Assembly: GCA_013426185.1 (NCBI GenBank) | Contig: CP058602.1 | Coordinates: 399,123 to 463,122, forward strand | DNA length: 64,000 nt | Direction: 5' to 3' | DNA from: Candidatus Woesebacteria bacterium | Lineage (GTDB): Bacteria > Patescibacteriota > Microgenomatia > UBA8517 | Part shown: piece by piece, positions 19,045 to 27,022 of the stretch | How the letters are laid out: every line of letters begins with the position of its first letter | Position numbering within the stretch: the first letter of the stretch is position 1 | The notes under the pieces: model-generated | Database searches by the model: none | The model's input: only the letters and a program-made list of their open reading frames with translations | What the model was told of the DNA's origin: nothing | Program-made: the position numbers and the translations under genes

Positions 19045-19371
19045 TTATCTCTTAATTACTCTTATTACCTTACTGTAAGGTTTATACGACCTTACTTTTT
19101 TCCGGTAAATCACAAACCTAACTAGCCTTGTGGCTAGAAAGACTAGTAATATACTTACCGAAAGGGGTAACAGGCAAGCAAGAGACAGACGGAAAAATAA
19201 AACTACTACTGGTTTCCATGCTACCGACAAAATGCAGAAAAAGGAAACCAGTAGCATCAAAAACGGGGCAATATACCTAGTGAAGTACCTCTTCACTGGA
19301 TAGTGCTCCGTTGGGTCAAACAAAAAATATAACCAGAACCTAACTTTTTCCCTAAGATTCCTCGTATTCAT
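19045..19371 (-). CDS. small two-TM membrane protein (position of VirB3/PrgI-like genes)
   Basis: Two hydrophobic segments, SD GGAGG; family inferred only from position. Confidence 0.65.
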   Translation of the reverse strand: MNTRNLREKVRFWLYFLFDPTEHYPVKRYFTRYIAPFLMLLVSFFCILSVAWKPVVVLFFRLSLACLLPLSVSILLVFLATRLVRFVIYRKKVRSYKPYSKVIRVIKR

Positions 19372-19380
19372 CTTAACCTC

Positions 19381-20769
19381 CTAGGGAATTACAATATCGT
19401 CTGAATTAGAAAGCTGGGAAATTTTTTCCCCAAGACTGGTAAGGTTGGGGTCTCCCTTAGCCTTACTGGCAGCTTGGAGAATACCACCAAACACCTTCTC
19501 CTTGGGATAGGCCTGTTGCAGGTCTTGGCCTGCCTCTTTAGCAGCTTTCCTATCAATCAATCCCTCTGCTACCTGTGTAGTAGCGTTGACAACAGGGATA
19601 ACGATAGGTGCCGCCTCAGGGGCTGCCACAGCTGTCACTAAATTTACAGCCGTAGCCACCTTACCCACAGCCGCCTTTGCCTTACTAGCCTCCTCTTGCG
19701 GCTTGGATGGAGAAGGCGTTGGAGAAGACTGGTTAGGGCCATTCTCTCCCGGGCTTGGGGGGATGACAACATCTCCGGAAGGAACATCTGTTGGCCCACT
19801 GGAAGTGAAACCACTATCCCCAGCCGGTCCAGAAGGGACATCTCGTTCAGAGCCAGAAGAGGAAGAGCCAGCTGTTAGCAAAGGAACAAATTCTTCGGGA
19901 ACTACAACTTCTCCCCCTCCGCTTCTACTAGCTCGCCTACTCCTCTCCCACGGTTCTAAAACAGAATTCCAGTCTACCGGAGGTCTTTCCTTGCTCACAC
20001 CCTCTATAGCCGTTTCTTCTTCATCCCTAAATTCGGGAGTGAGGATTGCGGCCAGGAAAGGTACGGTGACATAACAAAAGAACATTGTCAAAATAACTGT
20101 CCCCGTATAAAACACATTTACTAGGACAGTTACTGGACCAAAAGCCCAATCAGGATAATTGCTTCCAAAGAATTGAACGATGGCATTGAAAAGGGCAAGA
20201 AAAATTGCCCATCCAAAAACCTCGCCAATTATGAAAGCAATACCCTTAATTGATCGCCCCAAAATGGACCAAGATAGAGCAACGATAGCTGCAATCAACA
20301 TAACGACCTGCCACCTTGAGACAATCAAAGGGATCAGAAAAGTCAACGTAACCCCCCATGCCGCACTTGCCAAATTTCCCAAATCAGGAGACAACTCCCA
20401 CCGCATGGCGGTAAGGATTTTCTCCAGCCTAAGTTCGGCGGGTAAGACTATTTCACCCAATCTGGTAGTGAAGTCTATAAATAACAACACTACCATCGGG
20501 ATAGAGAACATCAATATCATGCTAGTTACAAGCCCAGCACTAACAACTTTCCCTCTACCCACACTACGTGCAAGGGATATAAGCGCTGAGATAAAACCAG
20601 CAAGGATTAAAAAAATCAAGACCGGACCAAGATACTGTTGAATTTCCTGCGGCGAGATCTTTAAAAAAAAGCTGTCCCGCCAGTGTCCTTCAACAGCATC
20701 TGGGATTTGACACCCCGTCAGCAGAAGACTGCCGACGGTTAAGAAGAAAAATGCCGGCAGTCTCTTCAT
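19381..20769 (-). CDS. polytopic membrane protein with lipoprotein signal and Pro/Ser/Gly-rich tail (VirB6-like architecture)
   Basis: LLTGC lipobox, about 6 TM helices, low-complexity C-terminus; SD GGAGG. Confidence 0.65.
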   Translation of the reverse strand: MKRLPAFFFLTVGSLLLTGCQIPDAVEGHWRDSFFLKISPQEIQQYLGPVLIFLILAGFISALISLARSVGRGKVVSAGLVTSMILMFSIPMVVLLFIDFTTRLGEIVLPAELRLEKILTAMRWELSPDLGNLASAAWGVTLTFLIPLIVSRWQVVMLIAAIVALSWSILGRSIKGIAFIIGEVFGWAIFLALFNAIVQFFGSNYPDWAFGPVTVLVNVFYTGTVILTMFFCYVTVPFLAAILTPEFRDEEETAIEGVSKERPPVDWNSVLEPWERSRRASRSGGGEVVVPEEFVPLLTAGSSSSGSERDVPSGPAGDSGFTSSGPTDVPSGDVVIPPSPGENGPNQSSPTPSPSKPQEEASKAKAAVGKVATAVNLVTAVAAPEAAPIVIPVVNATTQVAEGLIDRKAAKEAGQDLQQAYPKEKVFGGILQAASKAKGDPNLTSLGEKISQLSNSDDIVIP

Positions 20770-20785
20770 TGCCCCTCCTATAGTA

Positions 20786-21070
20786 CTACGGCAACAGGCT
20801 GGGGGCGCTTCCCGAAAAGACAGAGTTGTAGATCCCCTCTGCCCATCTTACGATTTGAGCGTTGGAGAGGTTCATGATATCCCTAAAGCCGACTACCACA
20901 AAGGCCGCTGCAATTAACACGCCAAAAATAATTACCCCGAGGCCCCAAACAGTTTGGTTGCCTCTCCAAACGCCGGAGACCCCGGCTTGAGAAAACAGGG
21001 CCTGGATTAAAAAATACAGGCCAAAAACTATCATCGCGATGCCAGCGACAACTCCTACAAAAGCAATCAT
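20786..21070 (-). CDS. small hydrophobic pilin-like protein (VirB2/TrbC-like)
   Basis: Two Gly-rich TM helices; first gene of module 2; SD AAGGAG. Confidence 0.55.
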   Translation of the reverse strand: MIAFVGVVAGIAMIVFGLYFLIQALFSQAGVSGVWRGNQTVWGLGVIIFGVLIAAAFVVVGFRDIMNLSNAQIVRWAEGIYNSVFSGSAPSLLP

Positions 21071-21106
21071 TTTACACTCTCCTTCTGAAGATTGGGTTAG
21101 ATTTTA

Positions 21107-21397
21107 GGCTCCTCTTGTTTTTGGGTGAGCCTCGATTAATCTCCTAAACTCAAATTAGAGAATTAAGAAATTAATCAAGGCTCACCCAATTTGGGATTTT
21201 TGTTAAAAAGGTTCTCTTGTCGCCTCAAATTTCTTGCTGTGTTGTTAATGTGCTCTCCTTTACCAAGTTAAAAGAAGGGCAACCCTTCTTTTCTTAAGGC
21301 AAAGAAAATCAAACTTTTGAAGACAAAACTTAATTTGTCTTCAAAACTAAACACTCAAATAATCTTAAGTGCTTAGTTTTAAATAGGGGTGTAATTG
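21107..21397 (-). repeat. structured intergenic element copy C
   Basis: 21107-21188 identical in large part to copies A/B; boxA-like GCACATTAACAA 21242-21253; leader arm 21227-21242; trailer arm 21383-21397; spacer hairpins differ in sequence but not in layout. Confidence 0.9.
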
Positions 21398-21483
21398 AGA
21401 AAGACCTGCTGGTGGAGACGAGATTAAAAAACGCGCAAAATGCGTTTTAATCTTTGCCAACCACCAGCAGGATGAATTTAAAA

Positions 21484-21564
21484 TGGTGGGGAGAGGATTC
21501 GAACCTCCTTATTCCTGGAGTATAAAATTCCAGCGCTCATCCTTTCTCTTTGAGCTTCCCCACC
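21484..21564 (-). ncRNA. tRNA-like element with non-canonical 9-nt anticodon loop
   Basis: GGTGGGG AA GCTC-13nt-GAGC G CTGGA-ATTTTATAC-TCCAG GAATAA GGAGG-TTCGAAT-CCTCT CCCCACC A folds as a full cloverleaf. Confidence 0.8.
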
Positions 21565-21575
21565 AATACCAATAA

Positions 21576-22061
21576 TTACCGATAACGACGCCACTTTTTC
21601 TGGCCGGCACGGTCAACAAATTCCTGCCAGACAGCAACCCCTTCTGGAATATCCTCTTCCCGTGTGAAGAAAACAGGGTCGCCACCCATATTAGCCAAGA
21701 AACGACCGGTTGGCCTTTCTTTATTGCTATTACCAGGCGTCGCTTTTTTTTGGCCCTGAGGACGATTGCCTTTTTCTTCCTCTTCCATCTGCGCGAGGAC
21801 TTCTCGCACCACCCACTGTGGGCAGAAATCCTCAAAGTTGGCGAGGAAGTAAAAAACAAGGACATCGTCCAAGGGACCCACAATAAGATCCGGAAATACA
21901 ACCCAAAGAAATCCGGCCACAAAACCAAGCTTAAGCCAACCGGAAACTCTGGGATCTTTTAAGAGCCGAATTTTAAGCTTCAGACCTTTTAAAATCTGAA
22001 GCATAATTCCAGCTCTTTCCGGATCACGGCGAACAGGGGATTTGGGTTGGGGAGTCGCCAT
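21576..22061 (-). CDS. YkvA/DUF1232-family membrane protein
   Basis: LLKDPRVSGWLK...PDLIVGPLDDVLV; SD GAAGGAGGT. Confidence 0.75.
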   Translation of the reverse strand: MATPQPKSPVRRDPERAGIMLQILKGLKLKIRLLKDPRVSGWLKLGFVAGFLWVVFPDLIVGPLDDVLVFYFLANFEDFCPQWVVREVLAQMEEEEKGNRPQGQKKATPGNSNKERPTGRFLANMGGDPVFFTREEDIPEGVAVWQEFVDRAGQKKWRRYR

Positions 22062-22129
22062 AAAAAGACCTCCTTCTACTCCCCAACCCTTAAATATCCC
22101 TCACGGCTGGGGAGCATCAGAAAAGGAAC

Positions 22130-22588
22130 TCAAGCCGTAGTAGCCGGCTCGGCAGCCTTTTTCGCATTGCCATTTTCGTTGTCTTGGTACTCCTTGTAAC
22201 GTTTTTGCCAAGGCCTATCTTTGATAGCTTTGATGAACTCATCCTTAACTTGCCGAAGCTGCTCGTCAGAACAACCGAGGTCTTTCATTACCAACGTCAG
22301 CAGCCAAGGGGTATTATGCCGAGTTACATCAAAACGTCGGCCATTTGGTAAACAGATAAACAATCTACCACCTTCGAAAGAGAAGTGTGGCACAGAAGGA
22401 CGACTCAAGCGAGAAACAATTTCTGCAGCCACTCTCGCAGGGCCCGCAAAGGAAACATTGTTTGGACCCGTCAGAATCACCTTCTGTTCACCCATACCAT
22501 CCCAATCGCCTGGAGTAAAAAATCTTGGGAAGACCTCCGGGTTCTCAGCCTTTATTTCAAATGAGCCAATTCTCAACGTGCCAGACAT
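22130..22588 (-). CDS. hypothetical protein (first gene of the operon)
   Basis: ATG with SD AAGGAG. Confidence 0.7.
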   Translation of the reverse strand: MSGTLRIGSFEIKAENPEVFPRFFTPGDWDGMGEQKVILTGPNNVSFAGPARVAAEIVSRLSRPSVPHFSFEGGRLFICLPNGRRFDVTRHNTPWLLTLVMKDLGCSDEQLRQVKDEFIKAIKDRPWQKRYKEYQDNENGNAKKAAEPATTA

Positions 22589-22879
22589 ATCTCACTCTCC
22601 TTAAACGAATGAAAAGATTTTTACTGACTTACAGAACTTACAGAAATTAAAAACCCGGTTTCCTCAATATGACCTCCTTCCTTAATTGAAAGAAAAAACT
22701 ATGTGCCCTGCTTTTTCTTTTTAGCTTGGGGCCGGAATACTTTTAAACTTAATAAACAATAAACACAAAAACAAAAATAATAAAAATGGAAAACAATTTT
22801 AAGAAGACTGTTGAAGAAATAACGCTTAAAAGCATTCCTGCCCCAAGCTTTTTGGCCCAAACTACCCCTGTCTTAATTC

Positions 22880-22923
22880 CAATTACACCCCTATGTTAAG
22901 GTGCAATTCCTTTTTCAAGGAAT
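22880..22923 (-). promoter_or_regulatory. boxB-like GAAA hairpin + boxA-like GCACCTTAACA + leader arm of module 1
   Basis: Minus strand ATTCCTT-GAAA-AAGGAAT T GCACCTTAAC ATAGGGGTGTAATTG; the arm is complementary to 21383-21397. Confidence 0.75.
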
Positions 22924-23011
22924 AAGAGCAGGAACAAAAAAAGCTGCCACAGGCAGCCTCTCAACCACTTTTCAACTTAAAAAGATCTAACCACTTATAG
23001 GATTATGGCCT

Positions 23012-23040
23012 ATTATAAAAAAACTTTTATTTATTGTCAA
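23012..23040 (-). promoter_or_regulatory. consensus sigma70 promoter driving the 11.3-23 kb operon
   Basis: TTGACA (23040-23035), 17 bp, TATAAT (23017-23012). Confidence 0.9.
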
Positions 23041-23093
23041 GCTTTTCAAAACAAAAGAGGCAAAACCCACTAACAAAATTACTATAAGAGATT

Positions 23094-23522
23094 TTAATTA
23101 TTCTTATTACGGGATAAATTAAAATTCAAAAACAAAGAAATCATAAAAAGAAAAAACATAACTGTTTGACAAGTAAGACAGACTGGGCAGACAACTTTAA
23201 TAAAGAAAATCTCCAAGATTGTAAGCCTCAAGCAAAATATCATCCCAAAAGAAGACATAAAAAGAGCCAGTCTTTTCCTTTCGGTGAGAGAGGAAAACAA
23301 AATCACAGCATAACCAATAAGACCAACCAAAGCCACAGGAACACCGGCGAAAGTAGCCAAAGACCCAGAAATAACAGCCTGGCAATTTACTTTATCGTTA
23401 ATGTCGCAAAATAAAACAGGTTTGGGATTGTAAAAGTTGTAAAGAAGATAACTAGCAAGAATAATGCCAACAAAAGAAAAAGCCGCCATCAAATAAAACC
23501 AAATTTTCTTATTTAAAGCCAT
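23094..23522 (-). CDS. vitamin K epoxide reductase (VKOR) family protein
   Basis: CDINDKVNCQAVISG loop cysteines, GVPVALVG, CPVC active site. Confidence 0.9.
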   Translation of the reverse strand: MALNKKIWFYLMAAFSFVGIILASYLLYNFYNPKPVLFCDINDKVNCQAVISGSLATFAGVPVALVGLIGYAVILFSSLTERKRLALFMSSFGMIFCLRLTILEIFFIKVVCPVCLTCQTVMFFLFMISLFLNFNLSRNKNN

Positions 23523-23544
23523 AGACAATTTTATCATATTTAGA

Positions 23545-24150
23545 CAGGAGGTGTCAGACATCGGCTATCGGACATTGGCCGTCAGACATCAGATGTCGGA
23601 CATCAGCTATCGGAATTTGGTCGGAACTGGCCGAAGTTGGTCTCCGCCTGTGGCGGAGTTGGTCAAAAGTTAGTCCTCACTTACAGTGAGGTTGGTCAAA
23701 GTTAGTCGGAGTTAGTAGAAAGTAGAACGTAGTAAATAGAAAGCAAAATTAATAAATAGTTAAAAGTGCAAAGTTAAAAGTTGTGTATTATCCTTTCTAC
23801 TTTCTGCTTACTAATTTCTACTAATTTTAAGTTTTGATTTTTGAGTTTTAAGTTTTAATTTAATTTGTAATTTGGAAAATTGGAAAATTGTAATTTGTTT
23901 AGGATTTAGAATTTAGAATTTGAAATTTGTATATTGTAATTTGTTTGGATCTTGGAATTTGGAGCTTGTAATTTGGGACTTATTTTTAATTTGTGATTTG
24001 AAATTTGTGATTTGTTTAGAGTTTAGAATTTCGGATTTAGAATTTAATTCAGTAATCTATAATCTAGAATCTATAATCTAACTAGAAAGTTTTAACTTTT
24101 AAGTTTTGAATTATATTTTTGACTTTTGAGTTTTAATTTTTGAGTTAATT
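23545..24150. repeat. low-complexity intergenic tract of degenerate 7-mer repeats
   Basis: GTCAGAC/ATCGGCT-type units, then TTGTAAT/TTAGAAT/TTTTAAG-type units; part is the reverse complement of about 49300-49395. Confidence 0.75.
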
Positions 24151-24201
24151 ATCAATTTGACCAAAAACAATTCTTATCTTAGAATAACTTAGAATAAAGA
24201 T

Positions 24202-24654
24202 ATGGAAAAGAAAAAGGAAAGCATACTTTTAAGATCAAAAGAAAATCGGATCATCGCTGGCGTTTGCGGCGGGTTGGGAGAGTTTTTCAAAATCGATCCA
24301 ACTGTAATCAGAATTATTTTCATTCTTATTACTCTTTTTGGTGGCTCGGGTGGTCTCCTTTATCTTATTCTCTGGCTTATTATCCCCTCTGAAAATAAAG
24401 GCAAAGAACCAAAAGATTTAATTAGAGATAACGCCAAAGAGATAAAAGATGAGACAAAGGAACTAATCAAAAAGAGTAAAAATTACTCCAAGAAAGAAGA
24501 AGGAAGACTGATTATCGGCATGACCTTAATGATTTTGGGCCTTATGTTTTTGCTTGAAAACTTCAACATCTTCCGTATTCAATATCTTTTTAGACTCTGG
24601 CCTTTAATTCTTATTGTCATTGCTCTTGGTATTCTTTTTAAGAAAAATGACTGA
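24202..24654 (+). CDS. PspC domain protein with LiaF/DUF5668-like TM tail
   Basis: LRSKENRIIAGVCGGLGEFFKIDPTVIRI...YLILWLIIP; LWPLILI. Confidence 0.9.
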   Translation: MEKKKESILLRSKENRIIAGVCGGLGEFFKIDPTVIRIIFILITLFGGSGGLLYLILWLIIPSENKGKEPKDLIRDNAKEIKDETKELIKKSKNYSKKEEGRLIIGMTLMILGLMFLLENFNIFRIQYLFRLWPLILIVIALGILFKKND

Positions 24655-25033
24655 AGAAGATAGTGATATCTACAGCGCAATTATTTTAATTTTTGTTGGT
24701 GTAATCTTGCTTTTGAACAATTTTGGCTTTCTGCCTTGGAGTTATTGGGGCGTTCTTTTCCAATTTTGGCCACTTCTTATTATTAACTGGGGAGTTGCCC
24801 TTGCCTTTGGCAGAAACTCTATATTGCACCTTGTTAGTTTCTTACTTATAGTTATTGTCTTTATCTATTCTGCCAGTGTCGTAAGCCCTAAATTTAATAA
24901 CTGGATTGAAAGCCAAGTTCCAAGCTGGAAAGAAATTAGAAAAAGAATACCTGAAAGGAAGTTCCAAGTAGAAAAAAGAAAAGTCTTTCGCTGCGACCCT
25001 ATTACAGGTGAATGCTCGGTTTACTACAAATAA
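24647..25033 (+). CDS. LiaI/LiaF-like (DUF5668) membrane protein
   Basis: LIFVGVILLLNNFG..W...FWPLLII. Confidence 0.75.
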   Translation: MTEEDSDIYSAIILIFVGVILLLNNFGFLPWSYWGVLFQFWPLLIINWGVALAFGRNSILHLVSFLLIVIVFIYSASVVSPKFNNWIESQVPSWKEIRKRIPERKFQVEKRKVFRCDPITGECSVYYK

Positions 25034-25658
25034 AAACTAAATTAGCCTGAGGATAAAAGTATTCAACTTCACTAAAAAAATTCTCAAGTTTACGGCCTAA
25101 AAAAAGAGCAGATTTACGAGTCTTTAAATCCGAAGTATAAAGCCTGTTAAAAAGAACAACACCTCCTTTTGAGATAATCTTTGACACCAACTTCAAAAAT
25201 TTATCAGAGGAAAATTTTTCTGGAAATTTAGAACCGCAATAAAGATCAACGACAATAAGGTCATACTTTTTGCGCCTTTTTAACTCATTTAAAACAAAAT
25301 CCAAAGCATCGGCAACTTTTATTTTTACTTTTTTTCTATCAAGACCTAAATATTTCTCCCCCAGACTAACCATAAAATGATCAATATCAACACCATAAAC
25401 TTTTGCCTGAGTCCAAGTTGAATTTACTAATTTTGCTACTGTTCCCCCACCCAAACCCAAAATCAAACAATTCTTAATATCAAGATTTCTCTTTTTGAGC
25501 TTCTCCAAAACTTTTTTCCAGATAGATTCAACAACTCCACCTGATTGGGTTAATCCTTCTGCTTGAATATAAGTCCCCCAGGCCAAAGATTTAACAACCT
25601 TCAATCGACCATTATAAGGAGATTCAACTGAAGCCAAAGTTTTCTCAAAAATTACCAC
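25002..25658 (-). CDS. class I SAM-dependent methyltransferase, spermidine synthase-like
   Basis: LILGLGGG, VDID, ADALDFV, YDLIVVD. Confidence 0.85.
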   Translation of the reverse strand: MVIFEKTLASVESPYNGRLKVVKSLAWGTYIQAEGLTQSGGVVESIWKKVLEKLKKRNLDIKNCLILGLGGGTVAKLVNSTWTQAKVYGVDIDHFMVSLGEKYLGLDRKKVKIKVADALDFVLNELKRRKKYDLIVVDLYCGSKFPEKFSSDKFLKLVSKIISKGGVVLFNRLYTSDLKTRKSALFLGRKLENFFSEVEYFYPQANLVFICSKPSIHL

Positions 25659-25690
25659 TAAGTTATTCTAGCAAATTCTAGACCAAGAGA

Positions 25691-25778
25691 TTGACAAGGA
25701 CGGACCTTGTCAAAAAGCAACTTTTTTCGAGGCCAATTTTCTAGTCGTATGACAAGGACGGACCTTGTCAAAAAGCAA
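25691..25778. repeat. REP-like palindrome TGACAAGGACGGACCTTGTCAA, two tandem copies
   Basis: Copies at 25691-25713 and 25750-25771; degenerate third copy near 25810; inverted copy at 31316-31338. Confidence 0.75.
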
Positions 25779-25864
25779 TTTCTATTGAAGCTAATACGTC
25801 TTGGCTTTGGACAGAGTCGGATCCTGTTCAGGGAGTTTTTTAAAAATTGTTATATAATTGGCTG

Positions 25865-27019
25865 ATGAATAAACCTTTAGCCGAGATTTTAAGACCCAAA
25901 AGCCTTGATGAATTTATAGGACAAGAGCATTTGGTTGGAAAAAATGGAATAGTCAGCCTTCTTCTCAAAAATCAAAAAACCAATTTTCCTTCTCTAATTT
26001 TTTGGGGACCACCTGGTGTCGGAAAAACCACTCTCGCAAGAATCATAGCCAGAAGCCTAAACCGAAATTATTTTGAGTTCTCAGCTGTTTCCTCCTCAAT
26101 CAAAGAAGTAGAAAAAATAGTTAATAGCGAAGAAAATCCGCCTGTCATAGTTATCGATGAGATCCATCGTTTCAACAAATCCCAACAAGCAAAATTTTTG
26201 CCTTGGGTTGAGTCGGGCAAAATCGTTTTAATCGGCGCAACCACTGAAAACCCTTCATTTGAGGTAATCTCCCCACTTTTATCAAGAACGAAAATTCTTG
26301 TTTTCAAACAACTTGAAAAAGAAGAGCTTGAAAAAATTGCTCAGAAAGGAATTAACTACTTTAAAGCAAAAATTAAAAATGACGCCCTTGATTTTTTGAT
26401 TGAAAGTTCAAACGGAGACGCAAGAATTCTCTTAAACACGATTGAAGTTGCCGCTTCTTTACTCAAAAAAGGAAAAATGATCGATACCACAACAATTGAG
26501 CAAGCATTGCAGAAAAAACAATTAATGTTTGACAAAAAAGGAGAAGAATTTTATAACCTGATTTCAGCCTATATTAAATCAATGAGAGCATCTGATGTTG
26601 ATGCGGCACTATATTATCTTGCCCGAATGGTTGAGGCAGGGCAAGACCCTTTATATATTGCAAGAAGAATGGTTGTTTTTGCTTCAGAAGACGTAGCATC
26701 ACCAACTGCTTTAGTAGTTGCAAACTCAGTTTTTCAAGCTTGCCAAGAAATAGGTTATCCTGAATGTCAGGAAAATCTAGCCGCAGGCACGGTTTACCTT
26801 GCAACTGCCAAAAAAGACAGAAGCGCTTATGAGGCTTATATAAAAGCTTTGGAAGACGTCCGCCAATTTGGCAATCTACCAGTACCTTTAAAAATCAGAA
26901 ATCCTGTCACTAAACTAATGGAACAAATAGGCTACGGCAAAGGCTACAAAAAATACACAAAAGAAAGTTTGCTACCAGAAAAATTAAAAGGCAGAAAATA
27001 TTATAAAATTCAAAAATAA
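25865..27019 (+). CDS. rarA: replication-associated recombination protein A
   Basis: PLAEILRP, WGPPGVGKTT, DEIHRFNKSQQ, GATTENPSF, MgsA C-terminal YIKSMRASD. Confidence 0.95.
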   Translation: MNKPLAEILRPKSLDEFIGQEHLVGKNGIVSLLLKNQKTNFPSLIFWGPPGVGKTTLARIIARSLNRNYFEFSAVSSSIKEVEKIVNSEENPPVIVIDEIHRFNKSQQAKFLPWVESGKIVLIGATTENPSFEVISPLLSRTKILVFKQLEKEELEKIAQKGINYFKAKIKNDALDFLIESSNGDARILLNTIEVAASLLKKGKMIDTTTIEQALQKKQLMFDKKGEEFYNLISAYIKSMRASDVDAALYYLARMVEAGQDPLYIARRMVVFASEDVASPTALVVANSVFQACQEIGYPECQENLAAGTVYLATAKKDRSAYEAYIKALEDVRQFGNLPVPLKIRNPVTKLMEQIGYGKGYKKYTKESLLPEKLKGRKYYKIQK

Positions 27020-27022
27020 AAT

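Noticed and set aside
14074-20641. Long plus-strand ORFs (14074..14694, 19586..20074, 20180..20641 and similar elsewhere)
   Set aside because: Antisense shadows of well-supported minus-strand genes with no recognisable motifs.
12936-21397. CRISPR array or integron attC interpretation of the long repeats
   Set aside because: Units are 140-290 bp and separated by multi-gene blocks; no cas or integron integrase gene and no attC-type ends were seen; pairing is between different copies.
21509-21928. 139-aa ORF on the minus strand
   Set aside because: It overlaps the YkvA-like gene in another frame and runs into the tRNA-like element.
11391-22894. Inverted arms as transposon ends or invertible-segment sites
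   Set aside because: No recombinase nearby, all modules are co-oriented, no target duplications were seen, arms always follow a boxA-like motif, and G-U pairs favour the transcribed strand. Disfavoured but not strictly excluded.
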